A stretch of DNA of 63,621 bases, filler included, from Octopus bimaculoides (Eukaryota), in assembly GCF_001194135.2 (NCBI RefSeq). It is 5 parts of 5 records of this genome, joined end to end, with 100 filler letters (N's around TTAATTAATTAA, not from the genome) between each part and the next. Parts side by side here need not be neighbours in the genome. Positions count along the whole stretch, not along the records: positions 24,134 to 37,450 come from NC_069005.1; positions 37,551 to 50,366 come from NC_068996.1; 3 more parts are not named here. One strand, 5' to 3'. The translations under genes and the position numbers were made by a program. The notes under the pieces were generated by a model. That model saw only the letters and a program-made list of their open reading frames with translations, was not told where the DNA came from and made no database searches. How positions within the stretch are numbered: the first letter of the stretch is position 1; every line of letters begins with the position of its first letter. Positions 26,254 to 38,436 of the stretch are shown here, piece by piece.

Positions 26254-26810
26254 CTAAGTCGGTGAACTAGCAGAGGCGTTAACATGCCAGGCAAAATGCT
26301 TAGCCGAGGTCGACTTTACCTTTCGGGGTCGATTAAATAAGTACCATTTAAGCAATGGGATCGATGTAATCGACTTAATCCCTTTGCCTGTCCTTGTTTG
26401 TCCCTCTGTGTTTAGTCCCTTGTGGGCAATGAAGAAATAAATATTTCCCTCTGAAGGGCGGAGAGCTGGCAGAAACGTTAGCACGCCGGGCGAAATGCTT
26501 AGGGTTTTTCGTCTGTCTNNNNNNNNNNTGGTCTGACTTTACGGTCAGGGTTCAAATTCCGTTGAGCTCGACCTTGCCTTTCGTCCTTTCGGGATCGATA
26601 AAATAAGCACCAGTTGAACACTGGGGTCGATGTAATCGATTTATGCCCTGCTTCGTCTTTACGTTCTGAGTTCAAATTCCGCCAAGGTCGACTTTGCAGT
26701 TCAGCCTGTCCGAATCGATAAAATTAAGTACCAGTTACATACTGGGTCGATGTAATGAACCGTAGTCCCTCTCCCGAAACTGCTGGCCTTGTGCCAAAAT
26801 TCGAAATCAA
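26254..26810 (+). mobile_element. Cluster of SINE family A copies with CpGs intact
   Basis: GAGCTGGCAGAAACGTTAGCACGCCGGGCGAAATGC heads; repeated B box and core. Confidence 0.85.
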
Positions 26811-27214
26811 TATTCCCCTTGGTTCATTAGCACTGGATTTCAAAAGCTATCTTCTCACGCGCATGAGTTCCTATATATATATATGTGAGTATATGTGTGT
26901 GTGTGTATTAGTGTGTGTGTGTATGTGTGTGTGTTTGTGTGTGTTTGTGTGCGCATGCGTGCGTATCAGAGCGCCGTATTCCTATTGATGTAATATATTT
27001 ATATGGCCACCAAAAGAAACCCCATAATTTTCGCGCGCGCTACAAACGCAACAGCAGCGATTTTGTAAAGCTTCTTTCTCTTTCAGGTTTAAAGTATGGA
27101 AACTCCACAGATACAAAATTCACTGCTTTTCTGATCGTTAACCGCTAATAATTGCAGTTTTCAATGCAATCATCAATTGGTTCAATCGAAAAAATTAAAA
27201 ATAAAATCTTTTGT

Positions 27215-27314
27215 ATCTTCATTTCTCCAACGTTCACTGTTTTTCTTTGCTCTCCTGTCTTTCTGGCAATCTTTTACTATTTCCTTCCTACATCCCTTTC
27301 CACCGCTCTTTCTC

Positions 27315-27346
<32 letters not shown>

Positions 27347-27745
27347 ATTTTTTCTGTCTTTTTCTCTTTCTTTTTCCCTTCTCCTTCCTTTCCTTGTTTC
27401 TTGTTTTTCTTTCATTATTTTTTTTCTTTTTTCTTTCCTTTCGTTCTGTTGCTATTCAGTCTTTCTTCCTTCGCCTCATCCTTCCCTTCTTCCTCCCTCC
27501 CTTTCTTTCTTTCTTTCTTTCTTTTTCGCTTTCCTTATTTCTGTCTGTCTTTCTTCTCTCTTTCTTTTCCACTTTTCCTTCTTTCTTTCTTTGATTTGTG
27601 TTTCTCTTTTCTTTCACAAGTTCTTCTTTCATTCTTCTTTCTTTCTTTTTTTTTGTTTCTTTGTTTTCCTTTCTTTCCTTGCTTCTTTCTTTCTTCCTCC
27701 CTTTCTTTCTTTTATTTCACCTTTCATTCTCTCCAAAATTCCATA
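27215..27745. repeat. ~530-bp pyrimidine-rich (TTTC/TTC)n low-complexity tract
   Basis: Direct reading; it explains the Phe/Leu/Ser-rich ORFs at 27152-27763. Confidence 0.9.
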
Positions 27746-27809
27746 TACCTATCTTTAAGGTGATATAACTAGGTTCCTCTTGAAATCTATAGATCTCAGC
27801 CTCTCAGTT

Positions 27810-27840
<31 letters not shown>

Positions 27841-28009
27841 CTCTCTCTTCATATACATATATGTATATGCGTGCTCACACACGCACACACGCACACACAT
27901 ACACATACGAACACATGAGTCTCTTTGATTTTATAATTCTCTCTGTAACTCTCCTCTCTTTAATACCCCGCACCTCTCTCTCCCATATGTGTGTGTATTT
28001 ATGTGTGTA

Positions 28010-28049
<40 letters not shown>

Positions 28050-28147
28050 CACATGCAAATACACACAAACATATCTTTGATTTTACAATTTTCGTGTATC
28101 CTAGTTCTCTTTAACTCCCCTCATCTCTCTTTCTCTGTGTGTGTGTA

Positions 28148-28197
<50 letters not shown>

Positions 28198-28437
28198 TAT
28201 ATATATATTTTAATTCGCACACACATACGTATATATATGTGTGTGTATATATACACATACACATACATATACTTATACATACATATACATACAAACACAT
28301 CCTTTTTAACTATAACACACTAACTCGAGATAAACTCCTTCTCCCAAACTCTATACAACTCTCCGTCTCTCATTCTCTACATGTCTCTCTTGAATTCCGC
28401 ATCTCACTTATGATGCATGTCTCTTTTTCTGTTCGTT

Positions 28438-28496
<59 letters not shown>

Positions 28497-29476
28497 NNNN
28501 NNNNNNNNNNNNNNNNNNNNNNNNNNNNNNNNNNNNNNNNNNNNNNNNNNNNNNNNNNNNNNNNNNNNNNNNNNNNNNNNNNNNNNNNNNNNNNNNNNNN
28601 NNNNNNNNNNNNNNNNNNNNNNNNNNNNNNNNNNNNNNNNNNNNNNNNNNNNNNNNNNNNNNNNNNNNNNNNNNNNNNNNNNNNNNNNNNNNNNNNNNNN
28701 NNNNNNNNNNNNNNNNNNNNNNNNNNNNNNNNNNNNNNNNNNNNNNNNNNNNNNNNNNNNNNNNNNNNNNNNNNNNNNNNNNNNNNNNNNNNNNNNNNNN
28801 NNNNNNNNNNNNNNNNNNNNNNNNNNNNNNNNNNNNNNNNNNNNNNNNNNNNNNNNNNNNNNNNNNNNNNNNNNNNNNNNNNNNNNNNNNNNNNNNNNNN
28901 NNNNNNNNNNNNNNNNNNNNNNNNNNNNNNNNNNNNNNNNNNNNNNNNNNNNNNNNNNNNNNGTTTTTTTCTTTAACGCTTAAAATATTTCAACATGTTT
29001 GTTGCTAATGTATACAAGGGAACGTGTGAAAAACAAAATAGAAATTTTGAAAGAAGTTTCTATAAAAATAGTTTCTAAAACATCGAATGGCTATGGGGGT
29101 TCACCAGAATAAATCAGAAATCGAAAGGTTCTGTAAGTAAAAAAAAAATAAATAATGGCTGATAATAACTACCCTAGATCAGAAACGATATTGTTCAATG
29201 TGTCTATTCTTCCTTAACTCTTTTACTGCGGAAATCAGATATATCTATTCAAAGTTCCATTATCCTTACCTGAAACAGCGGAAAGAGGTTTTATTTACCA
29301 ATCTATCTTTCGTTGATGAATATCATGTCTGAAGCTATTTTCTGTTGAGATATGCCCAAACTTATTGAGACACTAATACCTGTTCATTGATTTCACTGGC
29401 ATCTCTCGTGCTGCGAACTAACTAGTCATCCTTTTGTAATGAACGTGTTTTAAGATTGCGGTGAATACCTCTAGAT

Positions 29477-29548
29477 CAGAGGTTCCCAAACTTTTCACAG
29501 TGGTTCCCAACCCTTTTATTTAAATGACTTTCCCCACGGACCCCCTTT
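29477..29548 (+). mobile_element. hAT-Charlie-like left end(s), rest lost in the gap
   Basis: CTCTAGAT (matches NTCTAGAN) followed by CAGAGGTTCCCAAAC, then a second terminus CAGTGGTTCCCAACC about 20 bp in. Confidence 0.6.
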
Positions 29549-30447
29549 AATATGATTATCCTTATATATATATNNNNNNNNNNNNNNNNNNNNNNNNNNN
29601 NNNNNNNNNNNNNNNNNNNNNNNNNNNNNNNNNNNNNNNNNNNNNNNNNNNNNNNNNNNNNNNNNNNNNNNNNNNNNNNNNNNNNNNNNNNNNNNNNNNN
29701 NNNNNNNNNNNNNNNNNNNNNNNNNNNNNNNNNNNNNNNNNNNNNNNNNNNNNNNNNNNNNNNNNNNNNNNNNNNNNNNNNNNNNNNNNNNNNNNNNNNN
29801 NNNNNNNNNNNNNNNNNNNNNNNNNNNNNNNNNNNNNNNNNNNNNNNNNNNNNNNNNNNNNNNNNNNNNNNNNNNNNNNNNNNNNNNNNNNNNNNNNNNN
29901 NNNNNNNNNNNNNNNNNNNNNNNNNNNNNNNNNNNNNNNNNNNNNNNNNNNNNNNNNNNNNNNNNNNNNNNNNNNNNNNNNNNNNNNNNNNNNNNNNNNN
30001 NNNNNNNNNNNNNNNNNNNNNNNNNNNNNNNNNNNNNNNNNNNNNNNNNNNNNNNNNNNNNNNNNNNNNNNNNNNNNNNNNNNNNNNNNNNNNNNNNNNN
30101 NNNNNNNNNNNNNNNNNNNNNNNNNNNNNNNNNNNNNNNNNNNNNNNNNNNNNNNNNNNNNNNNNNNNNNNNNNNNNNNNNNNNNNNNNNNNNNNNNNNN
30201 NNNNNNNNNNNNNNNNNNNNNNNNNNNNNNNNNNNNNNNNNNTAGATATAAGAGCGAATTTGTTCATATCGGGTTGTGAATGACAGACGCTGTGTTAGTA
30301 GCTGACAAAATGAACGCAGAAACGCACGCATCTTAACGCACCAATCAAAACTTTAACAGCCTAGGGCGTTTTCACACGCCATCTTGGGAGTGAGGTTTTT
30401 TTTTCCTGTAAGAATTTCCTCATTGGGAAATCTTATATCCGAATACA

Positions 30448-30501
<54 letters not shown>

Positions 30502-30970
30502 GATATATGTCGTCAATCAAAAATACTTGTCGAACATCTGACAAAAGAAATGCTTTACATCAAATCTTCGTAATTTTGTAAAATTATGCCGATATCTACA
30601 TCACAGTTGTTCCTTTATTCCTTGACAACTCATCTCATTTGAAGGTCTCAACATGTTTGTTTTGCAATAACATATTTAGAAACATCTTACCAGTCTGCAT
30701 TGACTCTATCGCATCGAACTTCCCACCATCGTTTCCTCTCATCACTTGTAATTCACACATGTCAATGGTAAAAATCCCGAATGTCAGTTATTTGCCAACG
30801 TCTGTCCTACGTCTTTCGCAAATCTTTATTGCAATAATATATATCCACGCCATTATGTATCTCAAAAGTAAACAAACCCCACCCATCCTCGTTATACCGT
30901 TTAATTTGTGCAGATACTTCCTGGTGTTTCAAACTTATTAATGCATCATTCAAAAGACATGTCTGCTGAA

Positions 30971-31232
30971 TACTAAATTAAGTTCAAATATGAAATAGCA
31001 GCAACGCTGGTGCAATCAACATTATCGACATCATTTACTTAACGTAAAATCTCCTTGTATTTGCCTCTAGGCTACCATTAGGCGTGGTGAAGATTACTTG
31101 TATACTAAATACTAAATTAAGTTCAAATATGAAATAGAAGCAGCGCTAGTGTAATAAATATTATCGACCACATATTCTTAACGTATATAGTTTGTGCATT
31201 TGCCTGTAGGCTGCCCTTTGGCGATGTGGAGA
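30971..31232. repeat. Diverged tandem duplication, period ~139 bp
   Basis: TACTAAATTAAGTTCAAATATGAAATAG starts at both 30971 and 31110, and similarity continues for ~120 bp. Confidence 0.85.
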
Positions 31233-32259
31233 ACGCTCTCTGAAAGTGCCGGATGTTAAGACACCTGAAAACCGAAGTTGCAGCCTAGCGGCGAAAACTG
31301 AAGCCTTACACGTTAAGTATATGAGGTCGATAATGTTTACTAAATTAGATATTTAAATGTATCAAATGACATTAATTCGCCCCGAGAAATATCTTTTCGA
31401 AATAGAGGTGTCTATTTGATTATAAGATTCTGAGTATAGCGTTTCTGAGGAGACGCGGACTCCCTAACCACTGGGCTGCAGTGGACCAGTGCCTGGCCAC
31501 ACAGGGATGCCTTTAAAAATTGTTTTCTATTTTATTGGGTCTCGCAGTCTACACAGCGTTTTTGCATTATGCGATTATCTTATATGTATTATCGAATATG
31601 TATTATATACATAATATAATTATTATATATGTAAGCATAGATGTGAAGGCACATGGCTCAGTTGTTAGAGCGTGTCAGTCTTACGTCCTCTATTTAGATT
31701 ATCTGCCTCTCCGTTTTCACCCCTAGTTAACCCAAGTTACCAGTATCTCAGATTTCACTTCTACTTGGGAGGACACGGAGCAATAGCATATCATATCATA
31801 TCATATCAAATCATATCTCTAATAATAGATCAAAGTTTCCTTTAAATATAAACTCTCCTTTAAATATATCTATATCAATCAAAATTGTATGATATACATA
31901 ATATATGTCATATATTTTATATGTATTTGTATTATATTCTATATAATTGTATATATATATATACACCTAAATATTCCGTATATGTATTTTATATATAAAT
32001 ATATATATATATACATATANNNNNNNNNNNNNNNNNNNNNNNNNNNNNNNNNNNNNNNNNNNNNNNNNNNNNNNNNNNNNNNNNNNNNNNNNNNNNNNNN
32101 NNNNNNNNNNNNNNNNNNNNNNNNNNNNNNNNNNNNNNNNNNNNNNNNNNNNNNNNNNNNNNNNNNNNNNNNNNNNNNNNNNNNNNNNNNNNNNNNNNNN
32201 NNNNNNNNNNNNNNNNNNNNNNNNNNNNNNNNNNNNNNNNNNNNNNNNNNNNNNNNNNN

Positions 32260-32298
<39 letters not shown>

Positions 32299-33335
32299 AC
32301 AGTCTGCCCTCACCCTGCCGCATTGATTACTTGTTTTATTGATTGTGTGTATGCAGATCTGTTGAATGAAGTGGCCGGTAGCCAATCAAATGTCGACAAT
32401 GCCTGTCATACATAATATATTGTGGACATTTATTATTGATTCGGTTGGACTTTGCTCTTGACTTCGTTCTTCTTTGTCTTTTGTAGTTTGCAGTTGTTGT
32501 TGTTGTTGTTGTTGTTTTTCTTTTGATGGTGTTAAAATCTATATTCTGTCATTTTTAGACAGTTCACTGACACTTCAATGTAATGTACTGCACTGCTGCG
32601 GTGATTTTTCACTCGATACATGCTTCGAACTGTTATATATTCTCATAGATATATATACATATAGTATTGAGACTGTCGCTTTGGTAATGGAGTTAATATA
32701 TGCAAAGTAAAGTCGTCACTTGGCACAGGTTGACCTTAAACTCTGTTGCATATGCGCACCAACTTATCCGGTTCTCGTTCACTTTCATCGTTTACAACTG
32801 GGCAAGAAAGTGAAGTGTGTAAAGTGTGGTCGTTTCGAAAAGGGGACCAGGTTACAACTTCGCAAGATCTCCTTGATTGTGTCGAGGAAGATACTCTTTT
32901 ACTCTTTTACTTGTTCCAGTCATTTGACTGCAGCCATGCTGGAGCACCGCCTTTATAGTCGAGCAAATCGACCCCAGGACTTATTCTTTGTAAGCCTAGT
33001 ACTTATTCTATCGGTCCTATTTGCCGAACCGCTAAGTTACGGGGACGTAAACACACCAGCATCGGTTGTCAAGCAATGTTGCGGGGACCAGGGGACAACT
33101 GATGAAGGGAATGTTCTTAATGTTGCATGTCTCATTTCTCTGTTTGTTTTTCGATGTTCGAAAAAATGTTCGTTTTCTATGTTTTTGTTTTTTGTTCTCG
33201 TTTCTCATTCTGTCTACGTTTTTCTGATGTCCTGTACCCATATATGCATGTATATATACATATATATGTAGGTATGTACATATATGCATATATTTATATA
33301 TAATTATATATTATTTATATTATATTATATTATAT

Positions 33336-33371
<36 letters not shown>

Positions 33372-33789
33372 NNNNNNNNNNNNNNNNNNNNNNNNNNNNN
33401 NNNNNNNNNNNNNNNNNNNNNNNNNNNNNNNNNNNNNNNNNNNNNNNNNNNNNNNNNNNNNNNNNNNNNNNNNNNNNNNNNNNNNNNNNNNNNNNNNATA
33501 TATATAGTGAGCGAGAGAGTGAGAGAGAGAGTGAGAAATATATATGTTTACGTATATAAATATCATTAATCCTCATCATGTTGAAATGATATACGCTAAG
33601 TGAAGTATTCATAACTACCTGGAGCCGCCGCCATAGCATGGCTTTATTCTCTCACACCAATTCTATCTTTGAGTAAATCAATCATTCATAGTAAATTTGC
33701 TTTTCTATTCACATAGAGACTGTCATCAACAATCGTATAAAATCGTACACTCGCTCTGGTTACCAACCGCATAGTGTCCATAGTCATGT

Positions 33790-34075
33790 TTCGTAAATGA
33801 GCTGTGATTATGATTCAATATTGTCTATGGTTTTGAGTTACATACAAGCTGTTGATATGACTTATAAAGAGGATATGGATGCGAGTTACATAGAAAATGT
33901 GCTTGTGAGTCATATACATAGTCTGTGGTTATGAGTCACAAATAACCTGGGCTTACGAACCGTATGGCTGTTGTGGTTCTGAATCACATGCGTAAGCTTT
34001 GTTTTTTTAGACACGCATAAGCTGTGTCTATGAGTCACATCAACAAGCTTTGGTAATCTAGGGCTTCTGGTTTCG
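33790..34075. repeat. Degenerate ~26-bp tandem repeat with a TGAGTCA core
   Basis: Units resembling TGTGGTTATGAGTCACATACAAGC; perfect TGAGTCA at 33906, 33932 and 34031. Confidence 0.65.
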
Positions 34076-34584
34076 AGTAACACACAGGCCGTACAAATTT
34101 GTTTTAAAACGTGTCATAGGCGGTAGGATTGCGGGTGCGATAGGTCGCTTGGAGTCACCTGAGTCGTGTCGTGTCGCTGACTCAAAGTGACCATCTCTGA
34201 TTGGTTTATTTTATATTTTGATTAGTAGAGGTCACAGCCGTGAAGATTCACTGCTATAAGCCGGAGCATGAGTGTAAAAAGAAATATTACAATGGCTCGA
34301 GGCTCGCAGCAGCAGGATACAGTCAAAAGCGAAAGGAGGATCTGTATTCAGGGGTCTCAATTGAAACTTAATAAGGAAAAAATATGTCTCGTTGAGGTTT
34401 AATTTTCATTCATCCATTCAAAATTAAAAAAGGAATCCAGGGAAACGGATTGGCAGAACTGTCAGATGGTCGGACCGGATCCTTTTGTAATCAATTTTGC
34501 ATACAGGGTTCAAATTCAGCTTTAACTCAGTTAACTGATAGCTTTAATCCATAATCCAGTTTAATAGCACTACAAAACTTTTAA

Positions 34585-34615
<31 letters not shown>

Positions 34616-34756
34616 TTGCTTTGGTCAGTAAGTGTCGTTTCCTATTTGCTCTTGTATAGAAACGAAACTTTGCTTTTTTCACCTGGACATCAATATTTTG
34701 AAACTGACCTATTTTCCGTTAACATTTCAAGCATTCAGTGCTGAGTTTCTGAAGCA

Positions 34757-34833
34757 GAATTTTCTAGATCTTTCTAGAGATTTCGAGAACGTTCAAGAAA
34801 TTTCTAAAAGTTTCAAGAATTTCTAGAACATTC
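34757..34833. promoter_or_regulatory. Extended heat-shock element (HSE) array
   Basis: GAAttTTCtaGATctTTCtaGAGatTTCgaGAAcgTTCaaGAAatTTCtaAAAgtTTCaaGAA (13 in-register pentamers, 10 perfect), then TTCtaGAAcaTTC offset by 1 nt. Confidence 0.75.
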
Positions 34834-34850
34834 TGGTAACTTAGATGACA

Positions 34851-34887
34851 GTATAAATACAGGAATTGGAAGCTCAGCAGTTCAGTT
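34851..34887 (+). promoter_or_regulatory. TATA box plus initiator core promoter
   Basis: GTATAAATA at 34851-34859 and TCAGTT at 34882-34887; the Inr A at 34884 is 32 nt from the first T of TATA. Confidence 0.65.
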
Positions 34888-34904
34888 TACTTCTAACTGT
34901 CAAA

Positions 34905-35048
34905 ATGGAGACTAGCTTGAGGAAAGCAAAGCTGGAAGGAAATATTAGCAATTCTTCACATTTTTCTAGGGGTGCTTTTATCAAGAAATCAAAGGAAATC
35001 ACTATTTTCCCCTCCAAACTCTGCTTTTGTGACATGTTTCGAAACTGA
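34905..35048 (+). CDS. Hypothetical 47-aa ORF downstream of the HSE promoter
   Basis: CAAAATGG start context; METSLRKAKLEGNISNSSHFSRGAFIKKSKEITIFPSKLCFCDMFRN. No recognised homology, and its end runs into a duplicated segment. Confidence 0.15.
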   Translation: METSLRKAKLEGNISNSSHFSRGAFIKKSKEITIFPSKLCFCDMFRN

Positions 35049-35665
35049 TCTATTTTCCATTACATTTCAGACAGATCCAGTGCTGAGTTGCTGAAGCAGA
35101 AATATCATTATAGCAAATATTCTGCTCAATACCACAGATTTGCTTGTCAGTTGCTTGACCATGTTCCTTAGTGGCTGACAATATGTACGTCTCTGATCAT
35201 GAGCAGGAGTAGTGAAGGAGTGCCACAGCCATGTGCTGAGAGAGATTTTGAGGGGTTTGAATAAATATAAGAATAATCACATGCGCAGTTGCAGAACACT
35301 GAATAGTACAAGAGTAACAAGTTTGATTTTCTCGATCTAAATGGAAAATTCTATGAAAATATTTGTAATACCATCAGGTAGGATTTCAAGTAAAACACGC
35401 TTAATGTCATTTCTCTGGCACGAAATCAAGGAAACATCGAATCGAATCAATCTATTTTAGTAAACCTGGAAGGATAAGGTGATGGTGATGACCTCGGCAG
35501 GAAGCGAACTCAGAACGTTAATGGAGAAAAATCCATAATCTTGTGTAGCGTAGCAGATGTGAGGTTTCTAAGGAAATAGTTTTCTAATAAATATAGAGAT
35601 CGTCATACATAGTGAATGACCACACAAACATACACAGTAGTTTACACAGAGGAATATATATTTAA

Positions 35666-35717
<52 letters not shown>

Positions 35718-36512
35718 ACACATACACAAACATACACACACAGAGGCAACACATACACACAAATAGTATACGGGGCGTGCTGTAATGTGAGACAATACTT
35801 TCAGTTTTAATAGTTTCACTATGTGCATGTGTATATAGAGATAGTGAAACAATTAATACTGCAGCTATTAAAAGCCANNNNNNNNNNNNNNNNNNNNNNN
35901 NNNNNNNNNNNNNNNNNNNNNNNNNNNNNNNNNNNNNNNNNNNNNNNNNNNNNNNNNNNNNNNNNNNNNNNNNNNNNNNNNNNNNNNNNNNNNNNNNNNN
36001 NNNNNNNNNNNNNNNNNNNNNNNNNNNNNNNNNNNNNNNNNNNNNNNNNNNNNNNNNNNNNNNNNNNNNNNNNNNNNNNNNNNNNNNNNNNNNNNNNNNN
36101 NNNNNNNNNNNNNNNNNNNNNNNNNNNNNNNNNNNNNNNNNNNNNNNNNNNNNNNNNNNNNNNNNNNNNNNNNNNNNNNNNNNNNNNNNNNNNNNNNNNN
36201 NNNNNNNNNNNNNNNNNNNNNNNNNNNNNNNNNNNNNNNNNNNNNNNNNNNNNNNNNNNNNNNNNNNNNNNNNNNNNNNNNNNNNNNNNNNNNNNNNNNN
36301 NNNNNNNNNNNNNNNNNNNNNNNNNNNNNNNNNNNNNNNNNNNNNNNNNNNNNNNNAATGAGTACTAATCTTACAAAGAACAAGACCTGGGGTCGATTTA
36401 GTTCGACTAAAGGTGGTGCTCCAGCATGGCTGCAGTCAAATGACTGAAATAAAAAAGAGAGTAAAAGAGAATATATATGTATGTATATATACATATATAT
36501 ATACATACATTT

Positions 36513-36569
<57 letters not shown>

Positions 36570-37334
36570 CACTACTCTGTATCTGCTTGCATACTTGCTT
36601 GTATGTGTGCTTGTCTGTAATTTAATACAGCCAAGTGCATAATGGGAAGACTAAGATGTTTCCATTATTTTGTCCAACTCCTGTATATATCGAAGACGTA
36701 CTTGTCTGCCATGTAAATTTTGCGTATTATACATGTGTGTGTGTGTGTATGTAGCTCTGTATGCATTTATGTATGTACGAATGTACTTATATATGTATTT
36801 ATGCATGTGTTTGTATATAGATGACTTCTTTATCTGTTAGGATTGTAAATTTAGCAAGTGTATGATAAATCAAATAAAGTACGTTAATGCGTTCCTTACC
36901 TACATTTATCATCAACTCTGTCGGCCGTATAGAATTCGAGATGTTTATAACTCTGAAAATTTGCAAAACCGCCAAACCGTCAGCAAAAATATTTTTGTTG
37001 GAAAATCTGAAAGTCTGCCATAATGACATTGGAGTTTTATGAGAATGGCTGCTGGCTAACAGTTCCGTTAATTAATTAATTGATTAATTTATTAATTATT
37101 CATACAAACCAATGTATAGCAATGAAAATTGTTCCTCTAGCCATCCGAAAGAACCATAGCCTTGAACAAAGTTATGTAATAACATCGATTCATATTTTAG
37201 CCTGATTACGAATCACACACAGACACACATGTACACACACACACACACACACATATATACATATATATATATTTATACATACATTTATACATGTATGATC
37301 CGGTCACACATATATGTGTGTATGATGTGTGTGT

Positions 37335-37375
<41 letters not shown>

Positions 37376-37821
37376 CGCATGCGTGTGGATAAACATGCAT
37401 ACATATATGTACGCGCGCATATATATATATATACATATATATACATGTGTNNNNNNNNNNNNNNNNNNNNNNNNNNNNNNNNNNNNNNNNNNNNTTAATT
37501 AATTAANNNNNNNNNNNNNNNNNNNNNNNNNNNNNNNNNNNNNNNNNNNNATGTATATATATATAATTGATATGTAATTGTAAGATCCAAGAGTCTAGGT
37601 GTAGGAAGCTAGTAACTTTCGATCAGTCCGTGATAGGTATAAAAAACAATTTTAGAAAGTACTATAATTTGACATCAAAGGTTGCAGAATTTTCCCCATA
37701 TTGAAGTTTGATATGCTGAAAAATGTGTTACAGCTCACTGTTAGCAGCGGGGCTTGCCATGTATGTGAATAAAAAATCAAATGAAGGGAATGAGGCAGAT
37801 AAAATCCAAACTACATATGTT

Positions 37822-37950
37822 TCTTAGCTTAGCGGATTCTCTGACATAATAATTACTCAACGAGGAGTAATTAGCTAGCTACTCACCTGGCCAAAAATAC
37901 CTTAATTATATGAAGGTTAGATTGTCGTTAAGGAATCCCAAGTTAACTGG
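37822..37950 (+). repeat. Unclassified dispersed repeat, second copy inverted at 42010-42168
   Basis: Shared TAATAATTACTCAACGA and TTGTCGTT...CCAAGTTAACT blocks in opposite orientation. Confidence 0.7.
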
Positions 37951-37984
37951 CCGAAAATGTAATTTGAAAAGTAATACATCTATA

Positions 37985-38436
37985 GGCGCAGGAGTGGCTG
38001 TGTGGTAAGTAGCTTGCTTACCAACCACATGGTTCCGGGTTCAGTCCCCCTGCGTGGCACATTGGGCAAGTATCTTCTACTATAGCCTCGGGCCGACCAA
38101 GGCCTTGTGAATGGATTTGGTAGAAGGAAACTAAAAGAAGCCTGTCGTATACACCCCCCCCCACACACATATATATATACACAGGTTGTCGTATATATGT
38201 ATATAGGTATATATATATATGTATGTGTGTATATTCGTGCGTCTGTGTTTGTCCTCCCAGCATCGCTTGACAACCGATGTTGGTGTGTTTACGTCCCCGT
38301 AACTTAGCGGTTCGGCAAAAGAGACCGATAGAATAAGTACTAGGCTTACAAAGAATAAGTCCTGGGGTCGATTTGTTTGACTAAAGGCGGTGCTCCAGCA
38401 TGGCCGCAGTCAAATGACTGAAACAGGTAAAAGAGA
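37985..38436 (+). mobile_element. SINE family B, near full length and well preserved
   Basis: GGCGCAGGAGTGGCTGTGTGG head, GGTTCAGTCCC B box, CORE-like TTGGGCAAGT, internal microsatellite, tail ...GACTGAAACAGGTAAAAGAG. Confidence 0.9.

Noticed and set aside
27780-28976. 398-aa longest ORF
   Set aside because: Low-complexity sequence plus a ~465-N gap.
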